From: Mytilus trossulus
Taxonomy: Eukaryota
Length of the DNA: 64,000 nucleotides
Direction: 5' to 3'
Assembly: GCF_036588685.1 (NCBI RefSeq)
Contig: NC_086374.1
Span: 74,214,001-74,278,000, forward strand
Within the stretch, counting starts at the first letter, position 1. Each line of letters begins with the position of its first letter. The notes under the pieces are model-generated. The model made no database searches. It was not told where the DNA came from and saw nothing but the letters and a program-made list of their open reading frames with translations. Below are positions 14,191 through 27,065 of the stretch, piece by piece. Position numbers and translations under genes: made by a program.

Positions 14191-15706
14191 ATATTAGGTA
14201 AGACCTTAAAAATGTAGTACGACTACAACTCTTGATCTAAAAACTAAACCAATGCTCAACATCATTTCCAGAGAAATTTCAAAACTATATGATACCAAAT
14301 TTGGGTTTCAAATTTACAATTTGATTTGCAGAAATTTGTTAAAGAAATTGATTGTGATACAAAATTTGGGAAAAAAAATTAATTAATTGTAATTGGTCAA
14401 TCATTTAAAATCACATCAAATTTACTTCATGTTCCTCCTAATTTGCTATTATAATGAATCACAAAAAGGCTACCATGCCGGATTATGTCACTTATAAAGA
14501 ACACTTCTTTTTTCAGATCTTTGGAAAAGAAAGATAATAGTTGCTACTTGTCTTCATATTATCTTACAATCATGAGAGAAACAGATGCCACCAAGGAATC
14601 TTGTAAAATAAGATATATTTCTCCTTAGATTGAAATTTTTCTAAAATACCCTGTGCTAGCTTATAATATTCTAAGTTAAAATTTAGCTGTTTCAGAGTTA
14701 AAAGGTATCACACTTGATGTAGTGACACAACCATTATGTATACCCAACACAGATTAAACACCAAAGGTCTATTAAAATTGTAAGCTTAAAATATCAAAGT
14801 TTTCTGAGTGCTAAAACAAATGACATCACAATATGAAATAATTCCTTTTAAAACAGAGATTCATTTAGAAAGGTTTCAAATTACTGTATACATAGAAATA
14901 AACTAAAAAGCAATATTACCTTCAACACCTCATAAAACTGACCACCATAAAAAGTGAAACCCTTTATCTTATCATTCAGTATGGACTTAACTAAAAACTG
15001 AAGTATTGAATATAACACCTATAGCAGACTATAGAGGAACATGAAATAAGACAGCCTTAAGGCTTCCAAACACATGTCTTGTAAGGACATTAAACATTTA
15101 ACACATATATTGAAAGAAAACATTCTATTTAAGATTAAAAGTTTTGTTAGAAAGCTTCTAGTATAGACACTTACAAGTTAAATAACTGTATTGTCTGTTA
15201 AGATATATGACTAACAGGCCCAAAGCGAAATGAGTTGGTGATATCAAAATAGAAATTAAATATAAATTTCTGGTCATCTTAATTTTCCTCTATACATTAA
15301 CATGCTTAAACATGAAACTTTTTTATCAATATTATGTTGATGCATTTCTTTTTTGCAGACCTATTTTTGTAGGTGCAGGTAAAATTGTATTTTCTTTTAT
15401 ACTTGAAAAAGTTTCAAAAATTCTGCTTAAATGCCTACGGAAAATTTACATTTTATTGAACAATTAAATTTGTGGTTCACCTTCCAATAGATTCTAAGAA
15501 AATTAGTGCTCTAGCATTACAGTAATCAATCACATTGGGTAAATATTATGACTTTGCATTAAACTAGGTAAATAGTATCTTAAAAGTTCATTAAGAATCG
15601 GGTATCAATTAAGCCAAAGAATCATCTAAAAGACCTTGTAAACAAAATATGATTTTACCTTCCCAAGATGCATTATCAATTATATGTAGACCTGTAATGA
15701 TTGGAC

Positions 15707-16000
15707 ATGCAGAGGCAGATTTAGAGCCCCCCCCCCCCCCTCTTATCTGGGAAAAAATTGGTTGAATACATAGGGAATCACTGAAGCATCAGGGGCGGAT
15801 CAAGACTTTTTCAGGTTGACCTAAGGGGGGCCACTCCAGTCGTGCTTCAGTTATTCCCTATATACTCAACCAAATTTTTCTCATGAAAGGGGGCCCGGGC
15901 CCCCAGGGCCCCCTGGATCTGCCCTATGAGTTTGAAGGAGCAGGCCTTCTCTTAGGCAGTCAGTGGGCCCTGCTAATGAAAATTTCTAGATCTGCCACTG
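15707..16000. mobile_element. GC-rich MITE-like element(s); relative at ~6920-7085
   Basis: CAGAGGCAGATTTAG...CTAGATCTGCCACTG termini and shared GGGAAAA.TTGGT.GA..A.A.AGGGAATCA.TGAAGCAT core. Confidence 0.6.
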
Positions 16001-19000
16001 ACATATATGGTTAAAAATATTGTTATCTGAAACCAAAATTTGCTCTAACAGTCTATTAATTGCTCATATGACCTTTAATTTTGACCCTACCCCATATCTT
16101 CTTCATTTGCCATTCTCAAACTTGTTGATCAAAGGGAGGTAATTCTAATTGAATGCTACAGCATAATTCACATAAAAAAATCAAAATAAATCTTCAATTG
16201 AATTTTGAATAAAAGTTTCAAATATTAACATATAATTATCATAGATTTATTTTGACATTAAATAAAATAATTCAACACCAAACAACAGGAATTTTTTTTT
16301 CAAGCACATGACGTGCTATTCTTTTGTCAACAAGAGATACAATCAGTCTCCAGAAAGATTCCTTCATGGGTTTTTTTATAATTATCTTCTTAAGATTTAT
16401 TTCACATTTTGTCATGTCACAACCTTTTAGAGCTTATTTGTACCTATTTGTTTGCTCATTGTTGAAGGTCTTATCTTGACCTTTATAGTTGCTTCTATCT
16501 GTTTTTTTGTTTATAATGTCATTAAGATGGTACTTTGCCTAATGTTACAATAGTATGCTGATCAACAAAACAAATCATTAGATCAGTTTGAGGAAACTTT
16601 TAAATGTGTATCCAAAAAATCCTAGCAGTGATATGGAATTGAAACTTGTCAGCTCTAACCATATCTCATTTTATAAACAGAATGTATTTACTTCCCTGAA
16701 TTATCATCATTTTTTTAAAATCATGTAGTCACTTATCTTAAAGTTAGCCACTGAATTCCTCACAAAATGACTTGTTTGCCTCCCAACCCCCAACTACTGT
16801 AATGCAATCTGTTGCTGATAAAATGAACTTTATAAAACATATTCTGTCCGGAGAAAAATGCAAGCTAAATTTTGCATATAATTATAACTTACATATATAA
16901 TGTATATATTTTAGTCTTTCAGTGATGTCTTAAATAGAGTCATTTATATAACTTTTCCTGAAGTATTCTGATGACAATGTCAGTTTCTAAAACTAAGTTG
17001 GATCTGCAGTAAGCAGTACCTGCATATAAATTAAGAAAAAAATAGCAATTCCAAGCATGACTTTAAGGCAATCAGTATTTTAGCTTAGTTTGAACAAGAA
17101 TCTCTTACATTTAGGAACACTATCCAAAAATTACCTTCACATATGAAAAACCAATTATAAAGGTTGAATCTTAACCGTTTGTTTTCAACTCTCGGATTAA
17201 ATAACTATTAATAAGAGGTAATGAGAGTGGCCGTCAGTTTTTATTGGTGGAGGAAGCCAGAGTGCTCAATAAGAACCACTGACATTGGGAAGAAAACTTA
17301 TAATCCTCGTCAATTAAGATTGGAACTCACAGCCTCAGTGTTGACTGACTAGTGATTTAGTTATTTAACTACTTAGATCACTAGGCCACTGAGGAGGCCC
17401 CTGGAAAAACACATTGTATTTATAAAAACCAGAAAAGATGCTATTAAATAAATCAATCAAAGAATACCAGCCAAAGCTTGCCAATAATGTCTGAAAAGTC
17501 TTACTTTTTCTCTAGTCTGTCCACTGCATACATCATGAAGATATTAGTATCTTTATCCCTCTTTATGCTCCAGTTAAAAAGTATTTATAACCTCACATTT
17601 GAACTGTACTTTCAACACATTATTTCAACTCTAATACATAGTAATATGATCTGTAAATCAGGTCCATTAATGATACTTCATTGCTGTCAAATTTGGTGAA
17701 AATCCATCATTAAATCCATTTTAAAGTGTAAATTACTTTAAATATATGTCTGATATCAAAATTGTTTACAAAATCAAGGTGTCTTGGCACAACAAGCACC
17801 CTGAGGTGTAAATCCATGTCCTTTCACAGATAATGACTTAATTTTGGAGATATTACAGCTTTTAATGTCATATAATTCACTTATTTTGTTATTTACAATT
17901 AATCCACTATTAAGGGGATTAAACAGTACATTCTTTCATTCATTCTTAAAAAATACAGACAATACTTAGCTTATCTACTAACACAGTTACACTTTTTACA
18001 TCAAGTCAATTGTGTCTAAATCTTAGAGAATAAGATATTTTCAAATCATCTTTTTTAGAGTTTGTTTCCTATGGATAATTCCATTATTACAACCACTGTA
18101 GTTGACCCAAAGTTACCACACACAGTGCATGCAGTGACGCATATTTAAAATTTATCATTATTTCTATATTTTTCATCACTTTATAATACAGTACAATACA
18201 GTTATATCCACATTTTACACATAGTAAATCCTCCAACAGGTATTCATAAAAATTCCCCCCAAAATATTAATCATTATTTTCTGTTGAATTGTAAAAGTAA
18301 TTTTCACAAATTGAGTCCAATGTTCACAAAAGTTAGAAGTAGTCCAGTTTGGCGACCTCCTTATGAAAATATCATTAGTATTACACAATCATCTGTAAAA
18401 AGTACCTTGAGACACATTAACATGTCCCTATATGAGATAACAAACCAGTTACCCCAGACATCATGGACACTTCCACATTTTTAATTCTATTTATTTTGTC
18501 TGATGTCGAACTGATAACTGTTTCACCTCTCTGACCACATCACAAATTTAAAAAAAATTAAAACTCCTATATTTAACCAATGCACTCGCGACATTCCATT
18601 TAAATTAAACTTTTATAAAACCTGATAAATTTAATTGAATCATGGCAACAATAAAGTTGTGGAGAAAAATTTACAATCTAGAAGGTATTAATAAAAATTG
18701 TAAGATAATTATTTAGTCATACAATTCAATTTATTGTTGTTTGGTATGTGACAGAATACATTTGAATGGTAAATAAACTTAGTTTTATCGTATTGTTTTG
18801 CAATCGGACAATACCCAGCTCTATGTATATCTTTCAAACTTTTTAAATTAAATTCTTTTTAAAGACTAGATGTTTTATTCAGTTTTAACGTCATTATAAT
18901 TAATGTTTTTTTAATGCACATATTTTGTTTCTGATATTACGATTTGGTTGAAATAAATGTCATAATTTGCCTCTACCCCCCATTAGACAGCCACATTAAA

Positions 19001-20029
19001 GATGAAATCTACGTCCATTTTATTTTTATTTAATAATTTAACATTTTTTCTTATAAATGTTAGCCTAAACCTAAAATATGCTGTAGAAATTACCATCCCA
19101 AAATAAATGTGTGCCTATTAACCTGGTGACCTTTATATTAAACAAGTACAACTACAATGAGAAATTCACCATATACATGTAAATCTATATCGAAAATCAA
19201 TCATGAAGTATAAATATATAAGCAATAATTTGAAAATATTTTATTATTTTATATATGAATAAAATAAGATATTTGTCAACAAGACAATCTAACAATACCT
19301 ATATAAGTAATTAAAAATGAATTAGTATTGAGGATTTTATAAGATTTGGTCTTTCTATTCCTTACAAAAATAAATGTATATATATAATGTATCAAATGCC
19401 AAAGAGATGATTTTCTACAACTTGTGACAAGATACAAAATGACTTTTAAAAAGTTAGCAACTATATATGTCATTGTATATCCATACTACAGTATATCCAT
19501 ACTACATGTCTTTTTTATACTTTGATTTTAACAAAATGTATACAGGATTTAAGACTCTTGTTTTCATAATTAAATTCTATTGTTCTAAATGACAAATGGT
19601 TTAGATACAAGTTTTACCACTAAGCAATGTCTTTTCCAAAAGACTCTTGCAAGGTATGACTAATCATCTAAATTTGTTCTAAGGACAGTAAAGGTTATTA
19701 TTGAGTCGAGTGTTGGCAATTTTATTTTAATCCAAATTTAAAAAGTTATCTATTCATGATATTGGTTACTTCCCTTTTAATTTAACCTGAGATACAATGG
19801 GTTGGAATTTTATCATGCTTATATTCATAATGAATAAATTACTTTTCAAATTCTAATTAGTATGAAATGTAACCTTACAAATGTAATGATATTGGTCACT
19901 TCCTACAGTTTATTCTAAGGAGCATCTCACCCTACCAGATTAAAACCAATATCATATTATAGGTTAATGTTTATACTTTATACGGTGTAAACTTGGCATG
20001 CATTTTAATACAATAGTCAATACTTATAG

Positions 20030-20293
20030 ATTATCGCTGATTATCTCAACGAGATTGATTTTCTCGCTTAAGCGGATACAGCGAAAGTGAGAAAAGCCAT
20101 CGAGTTGAGATGACCAATGATAATCTGTTTATCGCTATTTTACCTATGACAACGTTGTCAATGTCAATTTCATTAGCAACGCCACATGGTCTCCTTTGTT
20201 TCAAGCGATAATTTTTCCATCTCAAGCGAGAAGCATGATATGAAAATTATCACAAAAAAAGATCAAAGGAAAAATGCACAAAATAGCGATAAT
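20030..20293. mobile_element. MITE-like element
   Basis: ATTATCGCT...AGCGATAAT termini, CpG-richer than flanks. Confidence 0.45.
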
Positions 20294-20754
20294 AATGAAT
20301 ACATGACAATATTGCCTTCCTTTGAGTCCTATAAATGTCTGGTTAGTGAAGCATTGTGACCATCAGATAACTACAACCCTCAGGTTCACTAAATAGTGCT
20401 CTCATAATTCAAATACATTCTTCTGATGGATAAGTTTCAAAGGCATTGTAATCAAAATTATTGAAGCCTATTGACATGGTGAGAAACACAGAATATGGTC
20501 CTGAATATGGTATATGCACCTGGATTTTAAGCCACAAATACAAAATAAATGACCAAGTAGGGATTGACATACTTGCATGATTTCAACAGACCACATTTAT
20601 AAACCACAGTGGTAAGGTCAATTTCAAAAGTAGATGAAAGCCCCCAAGAAAAAATGAATCAGCAATAGGGATTGACATATCTAAATATTTATAATCCAGG
20701 AACTATGTGTTTTTCCTTTGTTTTCTTCAAAAAAAGTATAAATTACTATAGGTA

Positions 20755-21679
20755 AAAATAAGGTGAAACATGCACCAGTGTGACAACAAACCAGTTAAAA
20801 CATAAAAATAAAAAAGACGTCTGAAAGGTAATATGATCTTCATTAAGAAACATGTGTACATGCTCAAATTGCTCAAATTGTGTCAAATCTATGGGCTAAG
20901 TAGAGACTATCAAATATCTGTCAAAATCAAGTCTTTTCTTAGTGTAAATGAAATATCTTTGGCTTGACATTTTGTATAGACAATACTCTGTTGTTAAAAA
21001 CAAGCAATAATTTGAATATACATCTTTTTTTTTATATAAATAAAATCAGATATTTGCCAACAAGACAATCTAACAATACCTTAAACAAATATATCAAAAA
21101 TGAAATACTGTAAATTCTGAAATTATTGCAATGTTTTTATTAGTGGCAAAATGCGACAGGGTTATAATCACAATAATTTTATCTCGCAGTTTGAAAATTT
21201 CTCTCTATATATATATATATATGCATGATATGAATTGAACAGGATTTTTCATAATATCGCAAAAATTTAAATCTCATTTTAATCTAAAATGACAAATCGC
21301 AATAATAAATGAACACAATAAATTTCTGAATTAACAGTAGTATTGAGGATTTTTTTAAAGATTTGTTCTTTCTATTCCTTATAAAAATGAAATGTGATAC
21401 ATGTAATTTTCTATTATGAAATTAAACAAAAAAATAAGGTGAAACATGCATCAGTGAGACAGCAAACCAGTTAAAACATAAAAATAAAAAAGACGTCTGA
21501 ATGGTAATATGATCTTCATTAATAAACATGTGTACATGCTCAAATTGTCTCAAATTGTGTCAAATCTATGGACTAGGTAGAGACTATCAAATATCTGTCA
21601 AAATCAAGTCTTTTCTTAGTGTAAATGAAATATCTTTGGCTTGACATTTTGTATAGACCCATAATCTATTGTTAAAAAC
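20755..21679. repeat. Local direct duplication of ~245 bp (20755-21001 and 21432-21679)
   Basis: Two highly similar copies are directly visible. Confidence 0.9.
21108..21337. mobile_element. Tc1/mariner-like MITE (TA TSD)
   Basis: CTGTAAATTCTGAAATT / AATTTCTGAATTAACAG TIRs flanked by TA; an empty-site copy exists at ~19258-19378. Confidence 0.75.
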
Positions 21680-22170
21680 CATATGTTGACCTTTAAATGT
21701 CTTTTTTTCCCCTTGTGTTGCAATATCATTGGCATGTATACATGCATTACTGGTCCTGGACTATCACATATCTCAATGTAATGCTGTTTTTATCATCAAA
21801 AGTTGACAAAATGCAGTTTATAAAAGAGAAAACAAGTAATCGTACATTTGTATCTAGTTTATATTTGAAACTTCATGTCTGTATTATAAGTCATACATGA
21901 CATGATGCCTGCATTACTCCATGTTATTGTGAGGACAGTTCTAATATTTATGATGATTATTTTCCATCTTGCAAATAAATGCCAATAACAAGATTAAATG
22001 TAAAGTCTATCACTTAATGGCAAAATTAAAGTCATAATACCTGTAAAATTTACCTAAAAATTCAGCCTTTAACTATTAACCTGTTTTTTGTTGTAAGGGT
22101 GTTTTTTTCCATGCAAGCCCCTCCCCCTCCCCTTAAATCAAATGGCAGCTCCCTTTTAAGAGAAAATTAA

Positions 22171-22685
22171 AGTCATAAGAAACCTCAAATTAAAAAAAAT
22201 AATGCAAAAGTTTGTTTATAACTCAATGGATAGTTTTCTTTATAAAACTTATGTACATATACTTTTTTTCTGAAGAAAATTCTTTTATTTGTTCATATTT
22301 CGAAGAAGTTTACATTTTTAAATTGCTTGCTTCCAGGAAGCAATTCCCCGACAAATTTTCTGTATGCAAAGTGACCTCAGTGTGACCCATCTCGTAAAAA
22401 TTTGATGATCGCACTACGCATGGATGTCCTTAAAATAAAGTATTATTTGATTGTACATGTTGAACACATGCTCAATATCCATGCTTTTTTGTTGATTGCT
22501 GAAAAATGGGTGACAATCGTTAAACTTCGGCTTCAAAACACGAAAAAAACAATCGACAATTATACGAATTTAAAGCGAAAAAATTATAAAATCGTGCACA
22601 GAAGACTAAATTTATGATGTTTGTATGCATTTGATCAAGAATTGGAATAACATTATTTCTCACTGGTCACTCGTTTCATATGACT
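22171..22685. mobile_element. Kolobok-like non-autonomous element
   Basis: TIRs AGTCATAAGAAAC / GTTTCATATGACT flanked by TTAA on both sides. Confidence 0.7.
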
Positions 22686-25159
22686 TTAAGTTTGAGACTA
22701 TCGTGCTCAACCAGACTTTCATATGTTATAAGAATAGTTACTCATAGAGTTTCTGCTAAGAGTTAGTTGAGAAAATGAGAAAATTTCTAAGTGGAACTGG
22801 TCATCTTAATTGTTGAATTGATTATAAAAGCTCTCATAAAAGTTTTTTTCATAAAATCCTGTTTTTTTCATAAATCATATTAACATCATTTTGATAACTT
22901 GTAATTTTACCCATCACTCTACTACATGTACTAGAATGTGATCCACTTAAAGTTAAAGTTTTGGTGCGAGACAGCTACTGTCTGACCATAAGAAGTCTGT
23001 ACTTAAAAGAAAGAAGGGCATATGGACCTACAGCACCTCCCCATCTTTTTTTTTTTATGAAAATGCATGGATGTCTATTTATCCTTCAGACCTTGAGAGA
23101 GGGATTTTTCCCCTCTTTATTTTATGCATTTCCTTGATCAATACGGTATTTTTCAACCATATGCAACTATTTCAGTCATAATTAAGTTCGATAACTCTGC
23201 ATGTGACTGGTTTAATTAAGATTATGTGAAATGTAATGGTTACCCATGTAATGATTTCAAAAATACAGTTAATAGATATTTCATCTATCTTACCAGCCAT
23301 TCAAGGTTTTCCTTTGTTAGTATAAAATATTATCTTAAAATGATTTCATTTACAATCATACAATACTAATATATATCATGTATATAGGTCTTGTCAAAAC
23401 TTACATCGTGATAAGGCCACGTTGCCATGTTTAATTTGTTTTCTTTGATCACGTTGATTACTTAATTAATCTATCCTCAATCTAGCTATTATCTTTTTAA
23501 TTATCATACGAGTTACAATAACGTGTCATTTTTAATTGCAATATAAACATTCAACTCAATAATATTGAATTATTTGCATGGGCAAAATAAGTGTTGAACA
23601 TTGTCTACATTTGAAAATTATTTGGTCGCCATTTTGTTATATGTACATGTAACTTTGGAATTTTATCAAAACAAATAGCATGTATCTACTTTAACAGAGA
23701 GAAACCATGTTTAATTCTATGCTGCTTTAAGGTAAAAAAATTATTGAAAAGACCTGCATTTAACATTTTTTTGATTTTCATGGTACAAATCTTCAAAAAT
23801 ATATATTCCCATGTCGTCCCAAGCTATCAATGTAAACTACATGGCTCGTGCATATAAATCTTTATTTTTAATGTGAAAGACTGTTTCAAATAGATATAAA
23901 GAATATGTGAAAAAAAGAAATTTCTTAAATACAAAAAGACACACTTCAATACATATTTGAAATAGTACTTATTGATTTATAACTAAATGAATACCAGCAT
24001 GTCATATCGTAGTAACCATCCAACAGTGGCCGACATTTTGAAAATATTGCTAAAGACTGCCAAAATATGAACTTTTCAATCAAATTTTGAAGCAAAAAAT
24101 TTGATACCTGAACTGATATGGTTTTCGATTTCAATTGAATGAATATGTTGTCGATCTTTTTAGGGGTTGGGAAGATATAAATGACAAAAAAATAGTTGAG
24201 AAAATTGATTATACAAAAAGGTCCTATTGAAATTTTATTGAGTTTTAACAAAGAAGCCAATGGAGGCTGTGTGGTTATGTCACCTCGATTTTCAAACTTA
24301 TTTCGAAGCACAAAACTGTATATCTGCACTGAAACTTTAAACATATTTAATTGTAACAATTTGTATGTATATACTGTAAAACGTGGAGTGGAGGAAAAAT
24401 ATATACTATACTAAAAAAGTTATCTATGTACCCCGTTAACTTTCATTGATAATCAATCGGCCATCAATGATATACAACTTAAGGGTAAAAGTCACGTGAT
24501 GACCAATATAGTTGAATATGTTTTTTTTGTAAAAAGGGGGGTCATTATTTATACAAAAAAATTGTGATGGATGCATTGTGACCCCATGTCCAATCAATAT
24601 GTTGTAGTTGGTAGGGTCAGATGTGTCATTAAAATAATGAAACATCATTTCCATCATTCTGAAATCAATCATACTTAGTTATTACATTTTACAATACAAG
24701 TCCTGTTTCTTCTTTGATGTATAGAATTGTGTATAATTGTAAAGTCACTGTCGGTTTTGAAATTCCGAAAAACAAAGGTCAAATGTACTTTTATTAATGG
24801 TAAAACTGAAAAGTATTACAGTACTTGGTGACGATCTTGTGGATTTTACATTGTAAATTGTAAATTGTCTTTTAATGCGAACTTTGTTTAAGACTTCAAC
24901 GGGTAACATTCTTATTTTCAAACTGTACAAAGTCGTGCCATGATGGATCAAAATATGTAAATAATCGACCTAAACTTAACTGGTAATGTGTCTTAAACTG
25001 ACTCATAGATTCACATATGAAAATACCCACAAAACAATGTCATTAAAAAATATTCTCTCTCTCTCTCTTCCTTTATTAATATCTTAATACTGTAAAGTGA
25101 CATAATTGCTGAGTACCGTGACAACAGATGTATATCATATCAAAGGTTTATATATAATT

Positions 25160-25352
25160 GAGGGAGGGTAGGATCCCGAATTCCCAGGCTTAAAAACACG
25201 AAATCCCGAAATCCCGGACTTAAAGACACGAAATCTCGAGGTCCCGAAATTCGAAAAAAAAATCCCAGCCGTGATCCCGAAAGGATCAATCCCGAAATCC
25301 CGAGCTTAAAAACACCCGATCCCGGAGTCCCGATAAAGTTCCTATCCCCCTC
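25160..25352. mobile_element. MITE with internal ATCCCGA repeats
   Basis: GAGGGAGGGTAGGA / TCCTATCCCCCTC termini, ATAATT on both flanks; a related fragment lies in opposite orientation at ~2275-2370. Confidence 0.65.
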
Positions 25353-25706
25353 ATAATTATAGTTGAAAACAAACTTCCGAATCCTCTAACGGCAACTGAT
25401 ATTAAAACTTTCACCCCCCCCCCTTTTGGCCCGGGGACAGTGGTGTAAACGCGGTGTGTAAAAGCACAACAAACGAAGAAACAGTAAAATCAGTCGGATT
25501 CGAGCGTCACTGATGAGGCTTTTGTAGACTGTACCAGAGTCATACATTGTACATGTATACAGAGACATATAATACATATTATATGTCTCTGATGTATATA
25601 ATAGATGAAGAAAGATCAACACCACAGGAAACACTGGAAGTTTACTAAGCGAAGCTGCTATTAAGTCGAAGCTAATCATGATCAACTAATAAATGAACTA
25701 TGCTTC

Positions 25707-27065
25707 CAGTGGCGGATTCAGAGGGGGGCGTAGAGGGCGTACGCCCCCCCCCCCCCCCCCCCCCATTTGCTCGGACTTTTTTTTTTTTTTTTTTGTAAAT
25801 AAAATGATTAATCAGACTAGACTTCGTGAACTTTGCCATTTTCCGAGTATTTAATTTTTATACGACAATTCTTTACTTATAAAGATATTTTTCGCTGGTA
25901 TTTACTGATTGTCAAAGTCATGTGATTTGCTATGGTGGAGTTGACCAGTGCGTTGAAAAAACGGCACTCGGTCATTTTGAAATTCAAATTACAGTAATAC
26001 ACATTGCTTAGGCTGAGGATGTCATGACAATCAGGAAACCTTCAAAGCGACACAGGATTGAGCAAGAACGTATTGACTTCTATTTCACTATTCCACCAAA
26101 CAGAAAGTAATAGTAAATACTCTATATACTATTATTACACTCTCATGAACAAAAAAAAGTTCCACATTATTATTTACCTACGAAAACATGTTTAACCCCA
26201 AATGCCCTAGCCTATTATATAAATAACAAAGTTGAATAATGATCCCCAGTCAGTATAAGCTCCAGAAATATTTCAAGTCTCAGGTACGAACCATTTGATT
26301 TGAGGAGGCAGTCTGAGATATTTGAGAGAAAACAAATTGACTCTGATTCTTGCCTTAAACAAAAATTCTGGCCGTATCTGGATTGAAAACAATAGTCTTG
26401 TTCACTTTTTTGCTATTCACAAACGAAAATTTCCAACAGGATTATTTAACATAAAATGAACATGATGAATAAAAACGGGCGTATTTTTTGTGGCCGGGGT
26501 TTGCATGTCTGACTTGAATGTCTGTTTCGCCGGACTTATATATATCAAATACTTTTTTCAGGACCAGACTGTAACCTGCCTAATAGGTATTACCTTTATG
26601 TCTCCATTTGTCGACCGTCATTCACAACGGCATTGTCATTTCAGACACTTTCGTAGTCTTTGATGGATTTGGAACCCCTCACTTCGGTTCCCTAAATTAT
26701 TTTGGGTGAAACACATCAATCAAATATTTTGATAATAACTGCTTGTTTGTCTTTTTAAACTCGTGTAAGTTGTATTGTAAATTTCATCTAATTCCCATGT
26801 CTATTTTTTACTGACAAGTATACATCAAATATATCAGTACATAGCTTTGGATCAATACTATCATTTTATGATAGACAATTATAATAGGGAGAATACAGCA
26901 TAAAAAATGTCCAACCCTTACACTTTACAGCAACTATAAAATATACATGCCCCAAGCCAGGAACCGTTTAAATAGTCCATATTACACTTATTGCATGTTT
27001 TTTAGCCCCAAAAAGGTCCCAAAAAAATTTCGCCCCCCCTTTCCAAAATCCTGGGTCCGCTCCTG
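25707..27065. mobile_element. Non-autonomous hAT-like DNA element with 5-bp TSD
   Basis: CAGTGGCGGATTCAG...CTGGGTCCGCTCCTG termini, GCTTC on both flanks. Confidence 0.7.
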
